A DNA stretch of 64,000 nt. Origin: Vicugna vicugna. Its lineage: Eukaryota. Positions 1-11,415 of this stretch are shown here, in pieces. Made by a program: the position numbers and the translations under genes. Position 1 is the first letter of the stretch. Each line of letters begins with the position of its first letter. The stretch spans positions 879,985-943,984 of the forward strand of contig MU057887.1 of NCBI GenBank assembly GCA_013265495.1, read 5' to 3'. The notes beneath the pieces are model-generated. The model saw only the letters and a list, made by a program, of their open reading frames with translations. It ran no database searches and had not been told where the DNA came from.

Positions 1-1560
1 CTGCATTGTCTAAAATCAATTTAATGAGAAGTGACGTCTAAACAATACTGAGTCTTCCAACTCATGCGCACGGTATGTGTGTCCGTTTACTTAAGAGTTA
101 TTGCTTTCCAGCTTAGCATTCCTTTCTGTGTATCTAGGGGGCTCCACTGCATGGAATGTAGTATGTATTATTTTTGTTATCATCCATTTAAAGTGTTTTC
201 TAATTTCAGGTATTATTTTTTGACCCATGGATTATTTAGAAATTCATTTCTTAATTTCTGAGCAAATACAGATTTCCTGGTTGTCTTTTGGAGACTGATT
301 TCTAACAGAAAGTGTTATGATCAGAGAGCACATACGTGGTGTTCTCTGTCCTGTGAAACTTACCAAGACTTTGTGGTCAGTTTTTGCAACTGTTCTGTGT
401 GTGCTTGAAAATCACGTCTGTTCTCCAGTAGTGGAGTACAGTATTTTATACATGCACATCAGGTCAGGTTTGTAAAATTTTGTCATTTTTAGTGATATTT
501 TTGTCTACTTTGGTTTATCAGTTGCAGAGAGATATTTTAAAATACAAGCCTATGATGATAGATTTGTCTAAATTTCTCCTTTTAGTTATATAAAACTTTT
601 TTAATATATTTTGAGACAGTATTATTAGATTAAAGTGTATAATAGATCTTGAGAAATGTCCTGTTGTCATTATAAAGTGGCCCTCTATATCTCTATAACT
701 GCTTTTTACCTAATACTAACATGCCTACTCTAGCTCACTTTTGGTTGGTATTTACACGGAATAACCTTTTTCAGTCCTTTTGTTTTCAGTCTTTCTGTAC
801 CAGAGGTGTTTGTTGTAAATAGCAGAGTTGATTTTTTCTTAATCTAGTTTCTCTGCCTTTTAGCTGTCACCATTAGCCTGTTTATATTTAATGTAATTAT
901 TGGTCTATTTATACTTAAGCTGCTCTCTTTTCCTTCCTGGTTTATTTTTTTTTCTCTCTTGCTTTCTTTTGGATTGACTGTTTTATATAATTCAGTTTTT
1001 GTCTTTTTCTAGAAGTTTGAAAGGTTTTTTTTATTCTTTTTTTTTCTGTTCTGTTAATAGTTCCCTGGGAAAACACAATATGCATTGACTTGACTTAAGG
1101 ACAATCTAATTTTTCTCAGACTTTCCCCCTTCCCAGACAATACAGGACTACTTAGCACCCCCCATTTACATGCTATTGTTGTTGTGTATTTTTTTTGTTG
1201 TTTTTCCAACTCCATAAAATGTTATTGTTGTAGTTCTATAAAGTCAACGTTCACTTAGGCTTCTCCACATAGTTACTACTTTCCCTGCCTTTCACCTCTT
1301 CCTGTAGCTCTTCTGTCCATCTGGGACCGTTTTCCTTCTTCCTGAAGACCTTCTTTTAGAATTTCTTTAAAAGTAAGTCCACTGACGAGGAACTAATTGA
1401 GTTTGTTGGAAAGTGTGTGCCTGAGACCAGCATTTTGTTGGGATAGCTACAGATCTCAATATTTTAATATGTATACTTTCACTTAATTCCAGTATTTCCA
1501 GCATTCTATCTGTACCCTCTGCATCTGGTATCCTCCATGCCAGAGTGTCTTCTGTTTTGC
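1..1560 (-). mobile_element. Old LINE-1 (L1M-type) fragments, antisense, within an ATXN10 intron
   Basis: T-rich on + strand. Motifs such as 'aacaatactgagtcttccaactcatg' and 'tctgtgtgtgcttgaaaatcacgtctgttctccagtagtggagtacagtattttata' resemble the reverse complement of L1 ORF2/internal sequence. No intact ORF. Confidence 0.75.
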
Positions 1561-1574
1561 CCTTTTTGTTGGAT

Positions 1575-3366
1575 GGATTTGGGACATATTCTGGAGAGAG
1601 AATCAACAAAACTTATGACGCTTTAGAGGCTGGAGAATGAAAAAGAAACAGCATCACGAGTGGCTCCCAGGTTTCTGACCTGAGGTGGGTGGAGACATTC
1701 CCCCACTTATTGAGAAAGGCAGGGGACAGTTTCAAAGGAGAATATCAGTGGATGAATGTGTTCATCAGCTTCTTCATTTGCATGTGGTCACCAGTCACCC
1801 TGTACTGTCCACATCAGTGGATGTTTTACAGTTCTCATCACATTGAAACTCAGTTCAACAGAATTAATCACTTGCTCCTTAACATAAGGGTTTTTTCTTG
1901 GCTTTCATGAGAGTACCTTCTCTTGGTTTTCTTCACATCTTCCCGGCTCCTCCTCCTCATTCTCCTTTGTTACTTCCTCTTCTGCACAACTGTTGAATGT
2001 TGGAGTGCTCCTTGACACCCCGAGCTCAGAAACTCTTCTCATCCTGCGTTTTCTCCCTAAGGAATCCCACCCGCTTATTCCTTTGTTCTTTCATTCATTC
2101 AGTATTTGTGGAACACCTGTTACGTCCCGGACGCTATTCTGGGCCCCTAGAATGACGGAATCCTGCAGGGAGGCTGTTGCCATCATCCAGGCGAGAGATG
2201 ACAGTGGCTCAGGTCAGGCTGGCAACCCTGAAGATGGGGGAGTGAAGTTGTATTCTGGGCATTCTTACGGCTTTAAATATCATTTGTTTTCCTGTGTCTC
2301 CAAATTTGATATCTAGACAGACCTCTCTGCTGAGTCTCAGATTTATGTCTCCCAACATCCTGCTTAGCATTGCTTGTATATCTTACCGACGTTCCAAACC
2401 TAGCACGTCCAGAGTTAAACCATACATATCTCTGCAGAATGGTCCCCCATCTTTCTCAGTAAATGGGGGAGTGTCTCCATCCATCTAGTTGCTCAGGTTG
2501 GAAACCTGGGAGTCACTCGTGATGCTGTTTCTTTTTTTATTCTCCCACCTCTGAAGCGCCACAAGTCTTGCGGAATATGTCCCAGAATATGTCCCACATC
2601 TGTCCGTTTCCCTTCCTTTCCATTACCACCATCTGGTCCGTACCTTCGTCACCTCTGGCCTGGGTGTCAGCAGCAGCTTCCTAACTCATCTTTCAGTTTC
2701 TGTTTTGTTGTGTTCAGGTGACTTTTAATCCCCATCCATTCAGTGGGATCTTTTACAACCAAAATAGGGTCCTTCCTCTCGGCCTCTTGGCTCTCCCTAC
2801 CCGACCCCAGCCCTCATAAAGATGCCCTGTTTGTAAAACCTCCAAGCCTGTCCATCGTAGCTAGAATAAATCCCCAGGCTCCAGCACGTGCTAAAAGGTC
2901 TTGCCCCTCCTGCCCCTTTATTTATATCCAGACTGGCCTCCCTTTGTTAGCATTCCCCGGACACGCTTCCTTTTCTGTGCCTCAGACCTACCTGATTTCT
3001 CACCTCAGGGCAGTCACTGGTACTCACCTCTCTGCCCGAACTCCCCCAGCTAAGTCTTCCTCATCCTCGGGTCCAGCTTCCCCTGTCTCGTCCTCCGTGA
3101 AGCCTTCCTGGAGCCCCAGGCAAGGCGCCATCACCCGTCAACCCCGTCTAGAGCCCTGCTGTCCCTTCAGGTGTCACCGTCTGCAGTGGAATGTTTGTGC
3201 ATTTACATCCTAATTACTCTCTAGACCAGGATCCAGCAGGTCAGGGACCAGGTTTTCTGCTTTTCATCGTAACATAATATGCCATTGTCAGGCACATAGT
3301 AAATGTCCAATAAATATTTCTTAGGTAGGTGACTGAGTCAGACAACGAACAAATGAATGAACAAAC
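1575..3366 (+). mobile_element. LINE-2 (L2) fragments, mostly + strand, with opposite-strand pieces
   Basis: Pyrimidine-rich L2 body ('ttggctttcatgagagtaccttctcttggttttcttc', 'acctctctgctgagtctcagatt'). Typical L2 3' end 'ggcacatagtaaatgtccaataaatatt...gaatgaacaaac' at ~3290-3366. Minus-strand L2-like pieces at ~1575-1730 and ~2085-2265. Confidence 0.7.
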
Positions 3367-3383
3367 AGCAGCTTGATGAAATC

Positions 3384-3418
3384 GTGTGTGTGTGTGTGTG
3401 TGTGTGCGCGTGCGTGTG
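3384..3418. repeat. (TG)n microsatellite with CG interruptions
   Basis: gtgtgtgtgtgtgtgtgtgtgtgcgcgtgcgtgtg read directly. Confidence 0.95.
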
Positions 3419-3604
3419 GGTGTGGCAGGTGGTTCTCAGCACAGGAGAAATTTCTCCCAGGGGTTTTATGATTCTTCTGTGAATTAAATAAGCCTGGTTT
3501 CACAGTGGTATGATTTCAACTTTGGCTCAACCCCTTCTTCTAATGACTAACACCACCCAAGCTTTAATTCAATATTTTGTGTTAAAAAGCAAGAGATATT
3601 TGCA

Positions 3605-3704
3605 GGGTGGGGGAGTATAGCTCAGTGGCAGTGCTTATTAGCGTGCGTGGGGTCCTGGGTTCAGTCTCCAGTACCTGCACTTGGGGGAATAAAAGGGGAA
3701 AAAA
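3605..3704 (+). mobile_element. tRNA-derived SINE (camelid vic-1-like), degenerate copy
   Basis: 'gggggagtatagctcagtggc' (A-box) ... 'ggtcctgggttcagtctccagtacc' (B-box), then an A-rich tail. Flanking direct repeat 'agatatttg' at 3594-3602 and 3711-3719 is a probable TSD core. Confidence 0.8.
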
Positions 3705-4699
3705 GGCATTAGATATTTGGATATGCTTAGACTAGGAATCAGTGTTGATGTTCAGTGTCAGCTGATAAAAATACTTCTGTTCTGATCGCTCTAGGTGAGC
3801 TGGCCATGTCCACGTACTCACACGTCCTCCGCAGGTGGGGGCGAGGGCTCGTGTTCTCTTAGGGCAGCTGTCCTTGCTCCCCACGGGAAATCTGGGGTTA
3901 GGACCATGAAAGACCCTCTTTCTCTGTCCCCGTTGGGGATTAGGAGTCGCACATCACAGCAAATTAAGCTGACCGCTCCCCCAGGCTACGAACGAGCTGG
4001 AAGGCTCCCTGTCCCATTTCTCAGTCGTAGCTTCTAGAGACAAACTGGGATTTCTAGCTCCAGGGAAAAAGAACACCTCAAAGGGGTGCTCAGCCCCGAA
4101 GGCCTGCCCTGAGTGGCGGCCGCGTCAGGGACACAGGCCCAGCCAGCGCCCAGCTGTCCCCTCAGCCGGCTCACTTGCGGATCACCCACAGTAATGACAC
4201 AGTAGCAGATGCCATCGGAAAATTCCAGCTCCACTGCCGCAGAGTCAATTTCTTATTTGTCAGTTTATTGTGGCAAGTGGGATCTTTTGTTGTTGCTGTT
4301 TCCAAATAGAAACAGCTGAACTTTATTTGAAATGTTTTCCTTCGATTCTTTTTTGATCTATGCTTTGATCAGCTCGCCTTGATGTGGGTTTTTTTTTTAT
4401 ATTGTTTTTATTGGAGGGGGAGGGGGAGGGATGGGATGAGAGTCTAAACAGGACGGGGTTTTTTTGTTGTTCTTTTCTTTCTTTTTTTCCTTCCTTTCTC
4501 TTTCTTTTTTTATTGAAAGGCCTCATTTGTAAGTGTTACCATGCACAGAAATGTAACTGTTCATAGAAGTGATAACCACACAGTAATCCTACGCTGAGGA
4601 CCTACGGCACTGAGGGAGGAGCATCAGCTCGGAGCCCCACAGACCCAGACTCTCTCAGCTTCTCAACACTTCACTCAACCTCTGTTACGAGTTTTAGCT

Positions 4700-5290
4700 C
4701 ATTTGTCTTAAATGGGGGCCTGGCACAGTCCCTTTGGAAGACTTTCTGGCAGTGTCTCCTAAACCTGAGCATACACCTGCCCTGCGAGCCCGCACACCCA
4801 CTCCTCGGTGTGTCCGCAGGGGAAGTGCGTGCGTGTTTCTGTCAGGAGACGTGGGCCGGAACGGTCGTGGTCGTGACCTTGGTTGTGGCCCCAAAGTGGA
4901 GACGTCCCAGGTAGCCATCCTTAGCAGGACGGCTAAGTTGTGGAGCGTTCGCTCCTGGGACTGCTTACCGTACAGAAGGATGGACCGCTCTGTGTGACCG
5001 ACGGCGACACTGACGCAGTGTTGAGCTGGAGAAGCCAGGTTCAGGAAGAGCCTACAACCCATAATACCATTTACGGGAGGCTCAAGAACAGGCAGGATCC
5101 ATCTGTGGCCACAGAAGCCAGAATGGTGGTTGCCGTGGGGGGAGGAGGGTGGGTGTGGGCAGGGAAGGGGTCCGTGGGGGCTCCCCAGGTGCTGGGCGTG
5201 TTTGAGAGCGACACGTGAGAAGACCCAGCAAGGTGTGCGCTCCGGGTGCGCGTGTAGAGTCGCACCGCACGTTAACGCTGTAAAAAGTCA
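4700..5290 (+). mobile_element. Old L1 ORF2-end/3'UTR fragment, strongly GC-shifted
   Basis: 'ctttggaagactttctggcagtgtctcctaaacctgagcatacacctgccctgcgagcccgcacacccactcctcggtgtg' is colinear with the L1 motif ctttggaaaacagtttggcagtttct...ctatgacccagcaattccactcctaggtat. Downstream 'gaagccagaatggtggttgcc' matches L1M 3'UTR. Confidence 0.7.
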
Positions 5291-8059
5291 TCACTGAGTT
5301 CCTTCCACGCGCCTGACCCTGTGCTGTGTGCCCTTTACACACGTTGCCTTGCCCAGTCTTTTTTTTTTTTCAAACAACCTCTTTGTTGGGAACTATAATT
5401 TCCATTTTACAAATGAGAAAAACAAAAGCTCCGAGAGCCAGTTCCCAGACTCCAGCTGATCCCAGGCCTCCCAGCTCGGGAGCAGCAGGGCCAGGGCAAG
5501 GCCCAGGCGTGTCCGGCCCTGCGGCCGGCCGGCGGTCCTGACGCGAGTGTCCGCGTGTCCGGCGGGTGCTCCATTCACTCCCCCACGGGGTTTCCTTCAG
5601 GTGTACCTTCTTGGGGGCCACGTGGGTGTTCAGCGTGTTGGACATGGAGTTGAGTTAGTGAATCCTGTTGAGCGTGCAGTACATGGTGCCCACTCACGGC
5701 TCTGTTTTGACCTCCGGTGGTAATCAAGGCAGAGACCTAAGTCCTGAGGTGGCGGCCGTCTTGGAGAACAGGTCCCTCTCCCGTGCTGCACTCCTTTCTC
5801 TTCTAGGACTTTGGCATGTGTGTCCTCCTCCCGGAATTCTTCCATGATCCCCCTTAACCGAGCGCTGGTCTCACGGTTTAGTTGCGCTGTTCTGCCACTC
5901 CACGAGCAGTCCCACTGACGCATCTGCACGTGTAACTCCTTCCCTGTAGAAAAGTTCATGCCAGGCGGGATCGGTGTCATCTTGCACACCCCACATTGAC
6001 CCCAAAGACCCAAGGGGTGTTACCAAAGTGTGTTCCAAAGCATATTTTTTCTGTACTTTCTTAAACAGCTGTTACATGAGAGAAGGCTTCTAAATAGTAA
6101 TGTATAAACCTGCATCTCCTGTGTTGAGCAGGTGTCTCTTGCAGGGCTCCGTACAGTCTCCATGGTTCTCATGTGCATTTTGGAAATTCTGGACTATAGT
6201 CTTGGGGAATGCAGGAACACATCTTGGGGAATGCAGGAACTTTAATAAACGTGGGAACATGTTCCATTCTGTACTTTTCAAAATGGGGAATCTAGCTTGT
6301 GACTGGGCCTGCCAAGCGGCTGCCAGAGGGAGGCGTTCAGGGAAATGCCTTCACGTCAGAACAGCGCCGCTGGCTGAATGCGCTGCTGATCGTGAAAGGT
6401 GCCAGCAGATTTCCACGCCGGAGAACTGCTTATGCCGTAGTCACAGAGTGATATGTTTCTGCTTTTGATGCCTTTCTTCGCCCATCCTAATGTTCAGAAC
6501 AGGGATGACTCGGAAATCTTTCTGCTGTGATCAGTCTTTCTGCCTCTGGAGGGAAAGACTGTCTTCTACGGATTTCTGTGTCCCCTGCATTAAACAGCGG
6601 ATAAACAGTCAGTGAGCACTTGTTCAGTTGTTGAGCTGACATTAGTTAAAAGCCAGAAAACCTCTTAATGCTCTTTGGCCTTAAAAAGGCATACTTTTGG
6701 TTTGGCTCCTTGGTGATTTAATTTGGTTTTTCAAAGCCTCTGATTGATTCCCTTTACTGCTCACCTAGTGCCATTGAAGATGTGCAAACCAACTCTTCCT
6801 CCCCACCCAGAGGAGACAGGCGTGCACACTGCTTCGCAGGTTAGCGGGGGCCTCCCTCCCTGGGGCCCGTGTGAAGCAAGTCGAGCGTGGAACTAGGGAC
6901 GGACGAGGCTCTGGTGCAGCCCCCCTGCCAGTGAGGGTGTACACGCGGCCACCAGCACCCCCGCATGCCCACCAGCAGCCGTGTGGACCCGGTCAGGGCG
7001 AGACAGGGAAGAGGACCTGTTTTATGAAGTTGTATGGTATCCTAGCAACTGGTTCCCCCAGGCTCGAGGCCCAAAGTCAAAAGTGGGATGTAAAGTATTG
7101 AGTGAGGCTTTCACAGGCGGGAGCTCCGTTTCCTTGTTCAGGTGTTTGGACAAAACATCAGGCTATTTTAAAGTGGGACGAAATACTCCAGGTTGTCCCG
7201 CAGACGGCGTCTCCTTAGCTCCTAGTTCTGTGCTTCTGGCTTTCTTACATCTCTGAAATCAGAGGATAGAGATAAAACTGTCGTCACCCTACGGCACTGG
7301 CCTGTGAGGAGTGCCATGTGCAGAGAGGCCGCCGCCTCCACACTGACCTCCGGCCTGCACACGCGCCCGCCCCGTGGCTTTGTCTCGCGGAGCCTGGCTA
7401 CTCAGCTGCCTCCCTGTCTCTCGGGGGTCAGGGTGCATCAGGTCCTGCTCTGTCTTGTTTATTTGCACTGAAAGCGAGATTGCTTGAGGTTTATTCTCAC
7501 GAAAAGTTAGAAAGTGGGAGTCTGTCCTTTTCCCAGGTGAGGTGCCCGGTGTAACCCCATGGTCTGCACGCGGCCCTTCACCCTTGCTGTCCCTCGGCCT
7601 GGGCGGAGACCAGGGCAGGGAGCCTCTTACCGGAAGCGCTGAGCGTCCCCGGAGGCCGCTTCCTTGGGCTTCCTGTCGCTTTAGCCACCTGGCTTTGAGA
7701 CGACACGGTGTTTTCTTAATTTTACTTCTCAGTGGTCACTATCCATGTTTTTAGTGCCACCAGGTAAAATTCATTCCTAACCGGACACAGAACTTGATGT
7801 GAACATTTATTGCCATTGATTCTTATTCTAAAGTTTCTGCTCCTTGTGGCTGATTAATTTAACAAATGTCATCCGACGACTGTAACTTTGGGGAAGGAAT
7901 GTCGCTGGGAAGCCATAGCAGAAACACTGCTAAACAACTTCGCATCAAGTCTTCTGTGACAGCTGTGGGTTTGCTAGCCCAAGAGCATTTTGAATTTTCA
8001 AACTATAAGAAACTGAATTTGTTATTTTGTTACTGGTTTTTCCTCTTTTAAAAATATTT

Positions 8060-8570
8060 TTAAGCACTTTATTTTTTAAGAGCAGTTTTAGGTTTACAGC
8101 AAAATTGAGAGGACAGCACAGAGATTCCGCACACTCCCAGCCCCCTCGTGGTCTGTGTCCCCCACCAGGGTGGTGCTTTTTTTTTTTCTAACCAGGGTTG
8201 AACCTACACTGACACATCGTCATCACCCAAAGTCCACAGTTTAAGGGTTCACTCTCGGCTCTGTACATTCCGTGGGTTTGGACAGGTGCATAATGACGTG
8301 TAGCCTTCATTGTAACGTCACACTCGGTATTTTCTGTGCCCTGCCTGTGCGTTCCCCCTCCCCTAACCCCTGGCAGCCACGGATCTTTTACTGTCTCCAT
8401 CGCTGTGCCTTTTCCAGAACGTCAGCTGAAATCATGCAGGCTGCAGCCTCTGAGATGGGTGTCTTTCACTTGGTGAAACCGCTTGAAGTTTCTCCATGTC
8501 TTTCCATGGTTTGGTAGCTGGTTTCTTTTTCAGTGCTGAATCATATTCCACTGTGTCGGTGTACCAAATA
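8060..8570 (-). mobile_element. L1MB/L1MC-type 3'UTR fragment, antisense
   Basis: 'agagcagttttaggtttacagcaaaattgag' and 'catcacccaaagtccacagtttaagggttcactct...gtacattccgtgggtttggacaggtgcataatgac' are hallmark reverse-strand L1MC/MB 3' sequences. Confidence 0.8.
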
Positions 8571-11204
8571 CTTGTTTTCAAAATTGTTTTCTCGAACAGT
8601 ATGTTTATCCCGTAGGCATCCTGCACACCTCCCCGGTTCTCTCTATGGTATAAAGCAGACCATAAAAAGAACTTCCGTAAGTCGTGACTTTGTTTTCCAG
8701 AAATTTTATATCTGACATATAGATGAGACCATGAAGTAGCTAACTCTGAAATGTCAGCCTTAACTTCACGTGCTTGACAGTTTCCTTCAAACGCGGCTCT
8801 TGTGGGGCCGTCCTCAGGTTCCGGGGGCCTGTCTCTGCACGGAGCATCTTGGACTCCTTTTGAAAGCGCATTCAATACAGTTTCTCAGTCATAAGGAAAT
8901 CCTCTTAGTGTTTGATAACATACTTGACCTCTATTACAAAGCTGCGTCCCTCGGCCTCTGCTGACGTCGAGTCCCTCTAACATCGTGATCACAGCATTCC
9001 TAGGGAGGAAGGAGAGCTGGTTCAGAGCAGGAGGAAGCTTCCTGCCCGGGAAGCACCTGGAGCCGTTCCTGGCGCGGGGTTTGTGCTGAACAAGCATTAG
9101 TGCTGTTGTTTACATGTACATATTTTCTCACAAAGGTAATTAATTGGCAGTTTTTCTTTTTGCATTCACTTTGTTCAAATGAGCAGTGACTTTGGGGGTG
9201 TTTAGGATGTTAATAAATACCTTTCAGAACTGCTGTGTGTAAATGGCATTGCCACCCAGAATGTGCGCTTTGTAAGGCACTTGAGGGGCTGGGGTGTGAC
9301 CTTAGGCACATAGGACCGTGCTCCGGGTACCCTAACTAATATCAGATTTCGCAGTGACAGAGAAGGGTCTGGTCAGATCACTAGTGTGCCACAGCCACGT
9401 TAGCACCGCTAAACGGTAACTCCCTGGCCGGCTGTTTTGTGGTCACCATTCTCGGCAGGGAGTGCTGGAGTCTTTGTGCCACTGATTTTTTTGGAGCCAA
9501 GAGATTTAAGAAAACGAAGCCCGTATTGGGGGAGTGAGCTGGGGCAGGACTGAAGTGGGCGCAGGCGCTGGGGAGCCCTCCCTGGAGAGGGACCAGAGGG
9601 CCGCGCGCGAGCGAGCCCAGGAGCCGCTTGGTGGGAGGAACACACGTAAACACCGCGACCAGGGCCTGGCTCTGTCCCCAGTCCAGCCCCGACGGCAGCT
9701 TTCCCACCTTCGTTTGCGTCTTCTGACCCACAGCGAGGACCTGGAGGAAAGGTAGGGTGGGGAGGGCTCCCCAAGAGCGAGAGGCCGAGAGAGGGGAGGG
9801 AGGCGCCCACGAGCTCTGGGCCGTTTCCTCCTCATGGGTTTGTGATCCACATCCCCCTTCATTGGGATAATACTTGCAAACTCAGGAAACAGAAAACTGC
9901 AGCTGACTTTCAGACAGACTTGCCTTTCCCACTCTTACTGTTCTCTGGCCTTACGTCTTCTCTGGGGAGGGGACACGGCTTTGTCCCCCGGCCGCCGCGT
10001 TGCCGTGTGGCCTGTGAGCCCGGCCACCCCGACAGCGGCAGCTGGTCTCTGTGCTGCCGGAAAGGGCCGTGCTGGGGGCGGACAGGGCTCTTCTTCAGGG
10101 TTAACTGAGTGCAGCTGAAAACAGGCCCCATGCTGTGAAAAAGCCTTGTCCAAGCCAGGAGTAAGCCACAACAGGAGGTGGCCTGCAGCTTGACAGCAGG
10201 GACCCAGCCCTGCACCGGGCCGTTTTCACGTGACTCTCACGAGCCTAACTTTTACATAGGTTCTTGACTTCAGTTTGAGTTAACAGCCTGATTTTACATC
10301 CTCATAGAAGCCCCCAGAACGATGATGGTGTCAAACACGGAGAGAGCTGCACTTCCTGGTTAAGGACAGGAAAAGCCTAGAAAAAGTCAAAACATTTTCC
10401 CAGTGTTGGCAAAAAACCAAACTACGTCAGAATCAAAACTCCTGTGCTGTCTTTCTGTCCTGAAGCACCTTCAGAAACTAGCACAGCGCTTAGCCAGGTG
10501 TCTGCTCTGGGCGCAGTTAGGAGGCACCAGGAAGTCCTCGTGGGTTTTCTAGAAGATGATGACAATAACGTTCCTGATGCACAAGATCGGTCAGGTCCCT
10601 GGGCTGGGGGCAGGGGGGAAGGGCGAGGGAGGAGAGGTGAGCCAGCACGGCCTGGCCACCCTTAGAGTAGCTCGTCCCCCGGGGACGATTGGCGTTTGGA
10701 CCAAGGAGAGTGATCACAGGTGCTCAGGCAGCCAGCACGTGCGACGTGAAAAAGCTCCCTGACCCTCTGGTGCCTGCGTGCCTTGTCTGAAACCTGCCAG
10801 AAGCCCCTCACTGTCTGTGTTCTTCGTTTCAGCCTTCGTGTCTGAAGAGCTGTTTCTGACTGTGGCTGTGCTTCACTCATCTCGAAGTCGTTAGTCCTAA
10901 ATCAACAGTAATCTTCCGTAATTTAGACTCGATGAACTATCTTTCTACTCCGAATTTTAATTCCATTTTGAAATGTCTCTTAGTTAATTCCAAAGATGTT
11001 CTGCATAAGTAGATACTCTAACTGGTGCCTGTCAACTTATTTTATCTTCTGAGATTTCTCTGAAGGGAAAGGGGCTCTGTTTCAAGAAACACGAAACCAG
11101 CCATTCGTTTCACTGCTCTGTGGGCAGACTGACCGAGGGGAGGACGGCGCCGCCTGCCCCCTGCGTCTCTCCTCCTCAGCCGGGGTCGTCCCGAGGGCTT
11201 GGGA

Positions 11205-11415
11205 GCTGCGTCCTAACCCAGGCCCGAGCATGTCAGGCCGCGTGACCTCGGGCGAGGCATTTCCCGTCGGCAGGCTGGGATGATGCCGCCTGCCGCGTGG
11301 CGTGTCCGCGAGGATGGCGTACTTTCTGTGAGTGCCTGTGGCGCCCCGACAAGTGCTGTGCCTCCCAGGGCCGTGGGAGCCACTGCTGTTACATTTATTA
11401 TATTACCGTTACTAC
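11205..11415 (+). mobile_element. MIR SINE, heavily GC/CpG-shifted
   Basis: 'ccgcgtgacctcgggcgaggcatttcccgtcggcaggctgggatgatgccgcctgcc...gcgaggat' is colinear with MIR core ctgtgtgaccttgggcaag...tttcctcatctgtaaaatggggataata...gtgaggat. Ends in 'tattatattacc'. Confidence 0.6.
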
